Positions 1-9,166 of a stretch of 64,000 nt of DNA are shown here, piece after piece. The stretch spans positions 7,658 to 71,657 of the forward strand of contig JAUIKL010000005.1 of assembly GCA_030430625.1 (NCBI GenBank). Direction: 5' to 3'. Position numbers and translations under genes: made by a program. The notes under the pieces were generated by a model. That model worked only from the letters and a program-made list of their open reading frames with translations. It had not been told where the DNA came from and searched no databases. Each line of letters begins with the position of its first letter. The stretch's first letter is position 1. The DNA comes from Gemmatimonadota bacterium. Lineage in GTDB: Bacteria; Gemmatimonadota; Gemmatimonadetes; Longimicrobiales; Gaopeijiaceae.

Positions 1-1
1 G

Positions 2-202
2 ATCCCGGATGTTCTGCCGCCCGAGGCCATACTCGTTCCCCGTGGTGAACCGAGGCTCCTTGCCAAGGCCATTGACGACCTCGTCGTCGATCGGGAAGGC
101 CGGGTAGCACGTGGCACGCGAGGCTCGAAGTGGGTGGTCGAGCGGTTCTCGCCCCGAGCCGTTGCCCCCTCGATCACCAAGGCCATCGAAAGCGCATGTT
201 GA
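2..202 (+). CDS. glycosyltransferase, C-terminal fragment (5' end outside window)
   Basis: Frame 2 is open from the window edge to TGA 200-202. The translation ...ILVPRGEPRLLAKAIDDLVVDREGRVARGTRGSKWVVERFS... resembles the C-terminal tail of GT-B (GT4-type) glycosyltransferases. Its stop overlaps the next start (ATGTTGA). Confidence 0.5.
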   Translation: MPDVLPPEAILVPRGEPRLLAKAIDDLVVDREGRVARGTRGSKWVVERFSPRAVAPSITKAIESAC

Positions 203-726
203 GAAACCTGGTTCATCTGGTGTCGCTGGTAGCCTACCGCTCGATCGGCATGCGGCTCCCACACACGTTTTGGCCCGGCGGGGGCGCCTTCACAGCCGCC
301 AGACGCCTCATGCTTCGCGGCATGGGCTGCCGAATCGGTCCCGGTTGTGACCTGGAACCACATATCGACATGGGCTTTCGGCCGCGAGTGTCGATCGGCT
401 CCGGCTGCCAGATCAACCAACGCACCTCGATCCGGTCGGCCACCATAGGAGACCATGTCATGATCGCGCCCGGGGTCGTCCTGCTCGATCGCCAACACAA
501 TTTCGACCGAACCGACATCCCCATGTCCGAACAAGGGGCCTCGGACCGACGCCCCGTGATCGTCGAGAGTGACGTCTGGATCGGACAGAACGCGATCGTC
601 ATGCCCGGCCTGACGATCGGCCACGGCTCGATAGTCGCCGCCGGCGCAGTCGTGACCCGTGATGTGCCTCCTTATTCGATCGTCGCCGGGATTCCGGCGC
701 GAATCATCGGCAACCGCTCGGAGTAG
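196..726 (+). CDS. hexapeptide-repeat (LbH) O-acetyltransferase, WcaF/LacA-like
   Basis: Part of ORF 130..726. Repeated [LIV]-G-x4 hexapeptides (IGSGCQINQRTSIRSATIGDHVMIAPGVVL ... VWIGQNAIVMPGLTIGHGSIVAAGAVVTRDVPPYSIVAGIPARIIG). ATG at 196 is chosen because it overlaps the upstream stop; the start is not certain. Confidence 0.8.
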   Translation: MLRNLVHLVSLVAYRSIGMRLPHTFWPGGGAFTAARRLMLRGMGCRIGPGCDLEPHIDMGFRPRVSIGSGCQINQRTSIRSATIGDHVMIAPGVVLLDRQHNFDRTDIPMSEQGASDRRPVIVESDVWIGQNAIVMPGLTIGHGSIVAAGAVVTRDVPPYSIVAGIPARIIGNRSE

Positions 727-730
727 CGTC

Positions 731-1843
731 GTGGATTCCTACGACCCCTTCGATATTTGGTCGCTCCCGAGGCTCGGCAGACTGAAGACCTCCTGGTACG
801 CCGGATCGAGGCTGACGCTCTTCCCGCTCGCGGCGACCTATTCCCTCGATCTCCTGGCTCCCGTGACCTTGCGGAGAATCCTCCGCACACCGAAGTACGA
901 GTTCCCGCACGTCCTCGCGATGCTCCAAACGACGCACCTACGGATGACTGATCCGGAGTTCGTCACCAGAATGGAAGCGACGCAACGCGACGGAGGCTGG
1001 GGGCTTCCGTTCCCCTGGTACTCCGTAAACGGCGTGTACCCTGCAGGCACGCCGTACATGACGAACACACCCTACGTCATGTCAGCGCTCACCCGGATTC
1101 CAGGCGAGTCCGGAGAGGGGGACCGAGCGAAGCGACTCTTCTGGCGGACCTGGGCCTTCCTCGAGTCGCTTCCGACCCGCGTGGACGACGGCGAGCGACT
1201 GGCGGTCTCCTACGCCCCGCGTGAAGAGCCGTTCACGGTGGTAAACGCCAACAGCTATGCGGCCCTCGCGTACGCGCTTCACGCGGTGCACGGGGAACCC
1301 GGACGACACCGGGAGGCCGAGGATCGAGCCGGCCGAATCATCCGCTGGATCCTGGACCAGCAGAACGATGACGGAAGTTGGTTCTACCTGGCCGAACGCG
1401 GGCCGTGGGACATGATCGACGGGTTCCACACCTGCTTCGTGATCAAGAACCTGCGTCGAGCCACCCGCCTGCTCGGCGCGGCGCCCCCCCGAGCCCAGTC
1501 GGCCCTCGACCGGGCGTGGGACTTCGTCCGCACGCGACTCTTCGACGAACGGGCCGGCCTCTGTCGAAGGTACGCGCTTCGGCACCGTCGAGACCCCTTC
1601 AAATACGACCTCTACGACCAGGCCGAATTTCTCGGCCTCCTGATCGACCACGAGGAGTTCGACGAGGCGCGGGTCTTCGCCGAGCGCGTCGAACGGAGGT
1701 TCAAGCGGGGGGGAGCGTGGTATTGCCGTGTCGACGCGACCGGCCGCCTATGGGGGCGAGGCTTCCTGAGGTGGGGCATCGCGCCGTTTCTACATCACCG
1801 GGCACGCCTGGACCCGCTACCCTCAATCAGAGAGACAAACTGA
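731..1843 (+). CDS. hypothetical protein, possibly an (alpha/alpha)-barrel polysaccharide-modifying enzyme
   Basis: Part of ORF 659..1843. In-frame GTG at 731 lies 5 nt after the acetyltransferase stop. G/C-rich third positions throughout. Motifs RDGGWGLPFPWYS and QQNDDGSWFY recall terpene-cyclase/prenyltransferase-like or glucuronyl C5-epimerase-like toroid folds, but I do not securely recognise a family. Confidence 0.55.
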   Translation: MDSYDPFDIWSLPRLGRLKTSWYAGSRLTLFPLAATYSLDLLAPVTLRRILRTPKYEFPHVLAMLQTTHLRMTDPEFVTRMEATQRDGGWGLPFPWYSVNGVYPAGTPYMTNTPYVMSALTRIPGESGEGDRAKRLFWRTWAFLESLPTRVDDGERLAVSYAPREEPFTVVNANSYAALAYALHAVHGEPGRHREAEDRAGRIIRWILDQQNDDGSWFYLAERGPWDMIDGFHTCFVIKNLRRATRLLGAAPPRAQSALDRAWDFVRTRLFDERAGLCRRYALRHRRDPFKYDLYDQAEFLGLLIDHEEFDEARVFAERVERRFKRGGAWYCRVDATGRLWGRGFLRWGIAPFLHHRARLDPLPSIRETN

Positions 1844-1844
1844 C

Positions 1845-3698
1845 GTGTGTGGGATCATCGGTACAGCGGGGTCGAAGCCCTCGGCCCTCGGGCACGCCGA
1901 CCTGAACAGGGCCCTCGGCCATCGAGGGCCTGATGGAGCCGGTCTCGAGTCGCTGAGGGTGGCGAAGTCACACGTGACTTTGGGGCAGACGCGACTCTCC
2001 ATCGTGGACCTCACCGACGCCGGTTCGCAGCCGATGTTCAGCGCGAGTGGGCGCTGGCTTGTCGCCTACAACGGCGAGATCTACAACCACAGCGCCCTCC
2101 GATCCGGCTTGAACGGTTCGTTCCGCGGGCATTGTGACACGGAGACGCTCGTCGAGGCACTCGACGCCTGGGGATTCGAGCAGACTCTCGCCCGTCTCAA
2201 CGGCATGTTCGGGTTCGCAGCCCTCGATACGGAGTCCGGTCGACTTCACGTCGCTCGGGACCCGTTCGGCGTGAAGCCCATCTACTACATGACGAGGGCT
2301 GGTCGGTTCACCTTCAGCTCGGAGGTTCGTGGCCTCCGAGCCGCGCACCCGGAGCGGCCTGAAATCGCTCCAGAAGGCATTCGCGACTACTTGGAGTTCC
2401 GCTACGTCCCGTCTCCCAGGACGTGTTGGAAGAACGTGAAGAGACTCGAGCCTGGCCATGCCCTGACCTACGACCTGAACAGCGGGAGGCTGGACAAGTT
2501 CGACTATGTCAGCCCGGTGACTGAGCGGTTCGAGGGGTCACTCGACGACGCTGTCGCAGAGTACGAGGAGATCCTTGCCGCCGCAGTGCGGCGACAGCTG
2601 CTCGGTGACGTGCCGATCGGCGTTCTGCTTTCCGGCGGTGTCGACTCGGCCCTCGTTGCAGCTCTCGCGGTCCGTGCTGGCGGTCCCACTACGGGCTACA
2701 CCGTCGGATTCGGCGAATCCTACACGGAGTGCGAGATCGGCCCTGCAGCAGAGACGGCTCGCTTCCTTGGGATGGCTCACGAGTCCGTCCTGATATCTGC
2801 CGAGCGGGCGCTGGACGCACTCGAGCCAGCGGTCACCGCCGTCGAGGAGCCGCTCGGGACGACCTCGATTCTCCCTATGTGGCACCTCTCCGCCCTCGCG
2901 GCCGAGGGTGTCAAGGCAGTCCTCACCGGGCAAGGGAGCGACGAGCCGTGGGGAGGGTACCGACGCTACCAAGGGGAACTCCTTCGCGCCCGCGCGCCCT
3001 GGCGGGCCCCCTGGGCGGCCGCGGCGAGCGTTGCCGCTCGAGTGCCTCACCGGACAGATGTGCTCGAGCGCGGCTTACGTGCTCTCGGTGCGAATAGTCG
3101 CCTCGACCGCTTCCGAGAGACCTACGCACTCTTCACCGCGTCCGAGCGAGACGCTCTCGCGGGGCCTACACAGGCATCGCCCGCCGCCGAACAACTCGCA
3201 TGGTGGATGGACTGGGCCTCGAAGGGGCGGCCGTTGAGCGACGTAGAACTCATGATGAGCGTCGACCTTCGAATGAATCTGGCCGACGACCTTCTCCTCT
3301 ACGGGGACAAGATCACGATGGCCCACTCACTCGAAGCCCGCGTCCCGATACTCGATATCGAGGTCGTCCGTTTCGTAGAGTCCCTGCCCCGCCATATGCG
3401 CTTGGGCTGGCAACGAACGAAGATCGTTCACAAAATCGCAGCTACTCGACTCCTACCCAGCGAGCTTACCAATCGACCCAAGCTCGGTTTTCAGGTTCCG
3501 GTCGGCGACTGGCTACGCGGGAGTTGGAAGGATGTGGCTCAGGCTCATCTCTTCGACCACTCGAGTGAGTTGGGATCGATCCTGGACGTAGGGGCGGTTC
3601 GCTCGATCTGGGACCAGCACCAGAGTGGTCGTCGGGATCGCACCCGACAGCTGTTCGCCCTCCTCAGTCTAGCGATATGGAGCAACCGCTACGCGTAG
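1845..3698 (+). CDS. asnB: asparagine synthase (glutamine-hydrolysing) family amidotransferase, WbpS-like context
   Basis: GTG start giving (M)CGIIG, the N-terminal nucleophile Cys. PP-loop LLSGGVDSALVAAL. 617 aa, typical AsnB length. Starts 2 nt after the previous stop. Confidence 0.9.
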   Translation: MCGIIGTAGSKPSALGHADLNRALGHRGPDGAGLESLRVAKSHVTLGQTRLSIVDLTDAGSQPMFSASGRWLVAYNGEIYNHSALRSGLNGSFRGHCDTETLVEALDAWGFEQTLARLNGMFGFAALDTESGRLHVARDPFGVKPIYYMTRAGRFTFSSEVRGLRAAHPERPEIAPEGIRDYLEFRYVPSPRTCWKNVKRLEPGHALTYDLNSGRLDKFDYVSPVTERFEGSLDDAVAEYEEILAAAVRRQLLGDVPIGVLLSGGVDSALVAALAVRAGGPTTGYTVGFGESYTECEIGPAAETARFLGMAHESVLISAERALDALEPAVTAVEEPLGTTSILPMWHLSALAAEGVKAVLTGQGSDEPWGGYRRYQGELLRARAPWRAPWAAAASVAARVPHRTDVLERGLRALGANSRLDRFRETYALFTASERDALAGPTQASPAAEQLAWWMDWASKGRPLSDVELMMSVDLRMNLADDLLLYGDKITMAHSLEARVPILDIEVVRFVESLPRHMRLGWQRTKIVHKIAATRLLPSELTNRPKLGFQVPVGDWLRGSWKDVAQAHLFDHSSELGSILDVGAVRSIWDQHQSGRRDRTRQLFALLSLAIWSNRYA

Positions 3699-5005
3699 CG
3701 TGGCTCCGCGCGCATTCGGCGGCTCTCGACGAGCCCGACGGCCACGAAGAGCGCGAGGAGTGATGATGGAGTCGGGCTGAAGAGCGCGTGGCCCGCCAGC
3801 GTTGCATGCCCCAGGTATAGGGTGAGCGCCCCCGCCAAGGTGACCATGAGCGCCGATCGATACCGCAGAGCGGTTGTCATGAAGCGTACCAGAACTGCTA
3901 AGAGAACGGCATGGATCAGCACCGTGAACACGATCCCGTGACGCCCGACGCTGTCCAGGAAGTCCACTTCCGTCATCCGCCGCCCACCTGACGGCCAGCG
4001 ACTCCCCACACCCCGCTCGAACAAGTCAGCGCCCTCTCCGAAGATGTTCACGACTACCGAGCGACTTCCGATGTGTGCCATGCCAGCCTGCATGAGCGCG
4101 AGTCGAGGCAGCTGGCCCTGGGCGAGCTCGAGCAGCTTGTCTTCCTGAAAAGACTGGCTGACCTGCATCTGAAAACCGTACCACGCCCCCCCGCCGAGAG
4201 CTCCGACGACGAGGAGGCCCAGGCCCCACTTTCGCACTGTCGAGACGCCCTTCTGGAGACGCCTTCCCTTGTCGACGGCGAGAGCGGCGGCCATGACGGC
4301 ACCGAACCCGATGACAATGGCCAGCGACGCCCGCGATCCGAGCTGGATGCAGGCCCAGATGGCCAGCAAGAGGCAAGCGGCTCGCAGCCAGCTCTGTCGA
4401 ACGAACAAGAGGCGGTAGCCGACGGCGAACATGCTGACGCCGAGTGCCACCGAAACGTCGTTGGCAGCGTAGAAGATTCCTCTGTCACCGAACGCATAGT
4501 CACCATACGTCGACACCTGAACCCCGAGCAGCCCCGGGAGGACGAGCGACGCGGCGAAGAGCACTCCGGCCCACTCCACGGCCCGAAGCACGTCGTCTGC
4601 CTCCAACTCGTAGCGACGCATGAGGACGAGACCGAACAGTGCGACGATGGGAAGGTAGAGGGCGCGGAAGACCGCGATCGAGTCGTATATGAGAGCCCCG
4701 CCACTGAAGACGGAGATGACCAGGCTCGGCACCATCGCAGCGAACAACACCGTGACCCAGAGGCCCTCGATCCACCTGACCCGGCGCGCGTTCCGGACGA
4801 TGAACAGGGCCGCTGCCGCGACCAAGAAGCCCCGAGCAGCCACCGCGGGTGACACCGGCAGGGTCAATCCAACGAGCGCGGCAACTCCGAAGAAGACGTC
4901 AGCCAGCACGACCACGACACATATGTAGCCCAACCACAACCAGAGCTTCTGAAGACGCAGGCTCCCGACGAGCCCCCCGCGGCCAGTGGCAGCGGCCCTG
5001 GTCAT
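3689..5005 (-). CDS. O-antigen polymerase/ligase-like (Wzy-type) polytopic membrane protein
   Basis: Part of ORF 3689..5428. ATG at 5005 forms an ATGA overlap with the upstream stop at 5002. About 10 hydrophobic segments with a large loop, the typical Wzy/O-antigen-ligase topology. The upstream Arg/Pro-rich part of the ORF overlaps the neighbouring gene and is rejected. Confidence 0.7.
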   Translation of the reverse strand: MTRAAATGRGGLVGSLRLQKLWLWLGYICVVVVLADVFFGVAALVGLTLPVSPAVAARGFLVAAAALFIVRNARRVRWIEGLWVTVLFAAMVPSLVISVFSGGALIYDSIAVFRALYLPIVALFGLVLMRRYELEADDVLRAVEWAGVLFAASLVLPGLLGVQVSTYGDYAFGDRGIFYAANDVSVALGVSMFAVGYRLLFVRQSWLRAACLLLAIWACIQLGSRASLAIVIGFGAVMAAALAVDKGRRLQKGVSTVRKWGLGLLVVGALGGGAWYGFQMQVSQSFQEDKLLELAQGQLPRLALMQAGMAHIGSRSVVVNIFGEGADLFERGVGSRWPSGGRRMTEVDFLDSVGRHGIVFTVLIHAVLLAVLVRFMTTALRYRSALMVTLAGALTLYLGHATLAGHALFSPTPSSLLALFVAVGLVESRRMRAEPRYA

Positions 5006-6465
5006 GTCCTGAATTGCTCCAGGATGTGGTGATACACCAGGGTCAAATCGTGGCGATCCCGCACCCCCGTATCCCACGTTCCCCCCGCGCAAACCGCCAG
5101 GGCTGCAGACGATTTGCCACACAGCAGCCGACCGCGGGTCACGCTGCTGATGTCGAAGGCGGCGCCGGGAGGGTCGAATCGATGGAACGTTTCCGAATGC
5201 TCCTCGGAGGTCATGTACCCGTCTGGTACATCGAGTACGACGTCGGGAAAGTGGGCCGCCCCTTCGTGGCGGCTGACGTTTCGCAAACGTGCCGTAAGTC
5301 CGTGGTGTTGGGCCTCGGAGTGTCGGTTCACTCCGTCCACGATCTGCTCCGCAAGTCGGTCGATGTCTTCGACCGAAACGGGTCCGCCGAAGCGTGCCAC
5401 GTCGTTGATGTAAATGCCGTGGTTCCAATCCCCGATCACCTTGGAGAAGGCCCGGGAGGTCGCTACGTCGTAGGAGGACATCGATTCATACGCCGCCTTG
5501 ACCTTGGCCTGCCCACGAATCGCCAAGCGCAGCCTGTACGGCACCAGCTTCTTCACTCGACGTACCAACTCCGCCTTGGCCTGCCCACCCGCAGAGGCGT
5601 GCAGGAAACCGAGCTCCTGAAGGAGTGAATTCGGGTTGACCGACCATCGTCTGCTGGCCATCCCGTGGTCGGACACCAGAAGGATCTGAGTGTCGGGGAA
5701 AGTCTCACGCAGCCGTCTCACCAGCCCGTCAAAATGCCGATAATATTCTTCGGCCGCGGCGACGAGTTCACCGTTGGGCTCGTCTCCGCGTAGTGCCGCC
5801 CGATCGAGCTCGGGCAAGAGGAGAAACTCAGCCAAGTTCGAAGAGGACTTGAAGACCACGAAGCCGAAGTCGATCTGGAACTGCTTTGCCAGATCCACGA
5901 ATGCGTCGGTCCTCGCTTCGTTCATCGTACTCAGTCGACCGAACAGTTCGCCGGCCCGGTAGAGCCCCTTGTCGGCCAGTAGTGAGTTCAGGCGCTCATC
6001 GACGATGTACCCGTGTCGCTTCAGGTCCGAAAGAATCGACCGGGGATGGCACAGCTCCGGCAGTGGGTCCTGGAGAACCGGCCCACCCCCACCTCCACCC
6101 GACACGAAGAAGCCGTTCACCTCGGGAGCCGGGAACGCTGTGGGCACGTTCATGACACCGACCGTCCACCCCTCTTCGTTCAGCACCTGCCAAAGCGGCT
6201 TGACTCGCTCCCCGACACCGGGGATGTCGGCCAGTTTGAATCGAAGCGACCACCGGTTGGAGCCGTCCAGGCCCGGCCGGTCGTAAACCGCTCCTGTCCG
6301 CTCGGCATGCTCACCGGTGATGACTTCGGACCATCCACGACTGACGAGGTCCTCTTTGAGCGGGTGTACCTCTCCTGTCTCCACGAGCGACCGGGTGAAT
6401 GGTGTCCACCCGCGGTCGAAGACGTCTGCATGCGCTCCATCCATCCCCACGACGAGCACCTTCAC
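5002..6465 (-). CDS. alkaline-phosphatase superfamily enzyme (type I phosphodiesterase / nucleotide pyrophosphatase-like)
   Basis: N-terminal KVLVVGMDGA (metal-ligand Asp motif) and LLVSDHGM (DHG motif), both characteristic of the AP superfamily. GTG start overlaps the Wzx stop (GTGA). Confidence 0.7.
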   Translation of the reverse strand: MKVLVVGMDGAHADVFDRGWTPFTRSLVETGEVHPLKEDLVSRGWSEVITGEHAERTGAVYDRPGLDGSNRWSLRFKLADIPGVGERVKPLWQVLNEEGWTVGVMNVPTAFPAPEVNGFFVSGGGGGGPVLQDPLPELCHPRSILSDLKRHGYIVDERLNSLLADKGLYRAGELFGRLSTMNEARTDAFVDLAKQFQIDFGFVVFKSSSNLAEFLLLPELDRAALRGDEPNGELVAAAEEYYRHFDGLVRRLRETFPDTQILLVSDHGMASRRWSVNPNSLLQELGFLHASAGGQAKAELVRRVKKLVPYRLRLAIRGQAKVKAAYESMSSYDVATSRAFSKVIGDWNHGIYINDVARFGGPVSVEDIDRLAEQIVDGVNRHSEAQHHGLTARLRNVSRHEGAAHFPDVVLDVPDGYMTSEEHSETFHRFDPPGAAFDISSVTRGRLLCGKSSAALAVCAGGTWDTGVRDRHDLTLVYHHILEQFRT

Positions 6466-7790
6466 GACGACGTCCCCCTTCGGTTACGAATTACAGGCCC
6501 CCAGAATCCACTCTCCAACCCCAACCGCAGCGCCACGAACCGCCACAGCACTACGTTCCAACACAGCAGCGAAGCCGCAGTGGCCGTAGCTGCACCGGTG
6601 ATCCCGTAGAGCGGGACGAGAAGCAGGTTCAGTCCGATGTTCACGACGCCCGCGAGGACCATCCCCTGAACAGTGTCCCTCTCGTGGCCGGTCATGTTCA
6701 GGAGCGCTCCGACCGACCCGAATGTGGCATTCATCAACTGTCCGATCACGATGATCGACAGGGCCAGCCCTGCCTCTCGGAAGTCCTCACCGAAGGTCAT
6801 CGAGAGGATGACGTCCCCCCACAACACCAGTACGACTGCTGGCACGGCAGCAATGAGGAAGATACCACGTGCGCTTTGAGTAACCAGCGATTGGAGTGCA
6901 TCCGCGTCGCCGTTCGCGTGAAGTTCCGAGAACCGCGGGTGGAGCACCTGGTTGATGGCCGCCAACCCGAAGACGACCAAACTGCCCAGTTGGACCGCTG
7001 CCCGGTATAGACCCGTTTCGGCGTCGGTGCGAAAGGCGCTGACCAGGAGCAGGTCCGCCGACCCGTTCAGCAGTTGAAGCCCGGAGACGAGGTAGAGATA
7101 TCGAAGAGAGCGAGTCCACTCTCGTGCCTCCGTGACCATCGACGGGGCGCTGGGACTGCTTGTCGCGCGACGGAGCAAGGCATGGCCGAACAAGGCCGCG
7201 ACGATCGCGGCCATCGAGTGAGCGCCGATCGCCATGGCCGCACTATGGGGGTGCGAGGACAACGGCAGTGCGAGCCCAACGAGGGCGACCAACACGATGA
7301 ATGCGAGGGGGCGGACGATAAGGTCCGGCACCTGACCGAGGACAACCTGCCCAAGACCCCGCACCAACGACCCCCGAGCGCCGGCGATCGGAACGCCAAC
7401 CAGAAGCAGCACGCCCGAGCAAATGGCCAAGGCTCGTTGGGACTCGGTGACACCTCCCGAGACGAGTGCTACGCCCGCGACCAGGGCCACCATGGAGACA
7501 GAGGCGTACCTGAGCACCACACCGTCCGCCCATCGACCGATCGGCCATACGGCGACGACTTTGCCCGACCGGGCACGACGGGCGGCCTCGCGCACCATCA
7601 GGTGCGAGAGCCCTGTCTGCATGGGCATCGCAATCAGCATGAGCACTGTCTGCGCGAACGCGAACACGCCGAACCCCGCGACACCGAGCACACGGGCAAG
7701 ATAGATCGAGACAGCGAAGGTCAGCCCTGTGCCGACGACCTTGACGGTCAGACTCCCGAGGCCGCTGCGAAGCAGAGCCGGGTCAAGCAT
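6462..7790 (-). CDS. Wzx-type polysaccharide flippase (MOP superfamily)
   Basis: 442 aa and highly hydrophobic, with roughly 12-14 predicted TM segments. The N-terminus (KVVGTGLTFAVSIYLARVLGVAGFGVFAFAQTV) is typical of polysaccharide biosynthesis protein/Wzx families. Confidence 0.8.
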   Translation of the reverse strand: MLDPALLRSGLGSLTVKVVGTGLTFAVSIYLARVLGVAGFGVFAFAQTVLMLIAMPMQTGLSHLMVREAARRARSGKVVAVWPIGRWADGVVLRYASVSMVALVAGVALVSGGVTESQRALAICSGVLLLVGVPIAGARGSLVRGLGQVVLGQVPDLIVRPLAFIVLVALVGLALPLSSHPHSAAMAIGAHSMAAIVAALFGHALLRRATSSPSAPSMVTEAREWTRSLRYLYLVSGLQLLNGSADLLLVSAFRTDAETGLYRAAVQLGSLVVFGLAAINQVLHPRFSELHANGDADALQSLVTQSARGIFLIAAVPAVVLVLWGDVILSMTFGEDFREAGLALSIIVIGQLMNATFGSVGALLNMTGHERDTVQGMVLAGVVNIGLNLLLVPLYGITGAATATAASLLCWNVVLWRFVALRLGLESGFWGPVIRNRRGTSS

Positions 7791-7835
7791 CCGCCGGACG
7801 CACCTCGTGGCTGGCCAACGGTCTCGGGCGGCCGC

Positions 7836-9122
7836 TCAGTCGGCGCTGGAAGCGCCGGGTGGGACCTGCCCCACTTCCCCCACCAGGACGGTATAGTCGT
7901 CGAGCTGACGCGTCAGCGCTGCTCTGGCCTCTTCCAGCTCGGCCCGAATCGTCTCTTTGCCGTCCAACGCCTCGTTGATCGTCCGCGCCAAGCCCGTGGA
8001 GTCGAGTCCGGCGATATCCAGTGAGTAGCGCGACTGCTTCGCCAGGGCCATGAACCCAGCGAGCTTTCTTTGTGTGTTGATCGTGATCGTCGGCGTACAT
8101 GCCATCGTCGAAAGGATCGAGGCATGCATGCGCGTCGAGACATGAAGACTCATCCGACTGCTCAGCGCTTTGAAGACCGCAGCCGGAACCAGCACAGGAG
8201 GGAGGATGCCGGCCGGGCAGATGTCCCCGATCGCATCCAAAACGCGTCTCGAGGCGTCGTAGTCGGTCGAGTCGTTGCCCTGCACTGGCATGTTCGCGGG
8301 CATGACCAGAACGCCGATTCGGCGTTCGGCAGCGACCTCGCGGAGCGCCTCAGCGATGAGGGTGAGATAATCGCGGCTCGAAACGCCTTCCTCCACCCAG
8401 GGCGATGTGGTGAGCCCAATCCACTCGTCCGCCTCGGTCCAGGTGAGTTTCACCTGCTCGAGAAGCGTATCGACCTCGGCATCGTTTGCCATCGGCTGCG
8501 CGACTCCGACGTCGGGACTGAACGTCGCCGTACGTCCGGAGAGCCCCAGGGACTTCAATTCGTCCAAAGAGACCTCGTCCCGAGCCGTGACGAGGTCCAG
8601 TCGCGAAAGTGTCAGCCCGCTGAGCCACCGTGTCCACGACCTTCGCAGGGGCCCTATGCTCTGCGGAAAGATCATCACCCGGCTCCCGCATCGGTGCGCT
8701 AGCCAGAACATGAAGAGATACAGTGGCAAAGTCTTTCGGAAGGAGTCGTTGATCATCTCCCCTCCGATGGATATCGCCACATCGGCACTCTCGAAGTCCA
8801 TCAAGGCGTCACGCTTGAAACCCCACGCCAACCGATGCGGCGCGACCCTGAGCGTGGCCTGATTCAACCCTTGAACGGTCATGAACAAGAGCTCGCCGAG
8901 CATCCACCCGACCTTGCCGAGGAAGTGTCGAGGCGCATCCTTGAACAATCGCTGCCCCGACTGGATGCCGAGCGTCCCCATGAACGCTTCGGGTGATTTG
9001 GCATGCACGACGACCGTGGCATTCGGAAAGGCGCGTTGCACCACCTGCAGACTGCTCTCCAGCAGCACGTCGTTCCCGACGTGGGATGCGCAATACGCAT
9101 CCATCAGCAGTACGCGCGTCAC
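7836..9122 (-). CDS. polysaccharide pyruvyl transferase (WcaK/CsaB-like)
   Basis: Part of ORF 7836..9212. GTG at 9122 avoids overlap with the secA 3' end. Motifs LLMDAYCASHVGNDVLL, ISIGGEMINDS and FPQSIGPL match what I recall for the pyruvyl-transferase family. Confidence 0.65.
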   Translation of the reverse strand: MTRVLLMDAYCASHVGNDVLLESSLQVVQRAFPNATVVVHAKSPEAFMGTLGIQSGQRLFKDAPRHFLGKVGWMLGELLFMTVQGLNQATLRVAPHRLAWGFKRDALMDFESADVAISIGGEMINDSFRKTLPLYLFMFWLAHRCGSRVMIFPQSIGPLRRSWTRWLSGLTLSRLDLVTARDEVSLDELKSLGLSGRTATFSPDVGVAQPMANDAEVDTLLEQVKLTWTEADEWIGLTTSPWVEEGVSSRDYLTLIAEALREVAAERRIGVLVMPANMPVQGNDSTDYDASRRVLDAIGDICPAGILPPVLVPAAVFKALSSRMSLHVSTRMHASILSTMACTPTITINTQRKLAGFMALAKQSRYSLDIAGLDSTGLARTINEALDGKETIRAELEEARAALTRQLDDYTVLVGEVGQVPPGASSAD

Positions 9123-9166
9123 CGTGCTGGCCCGGGCCTCGGACCCGACACCCGAGACCGCACCGC

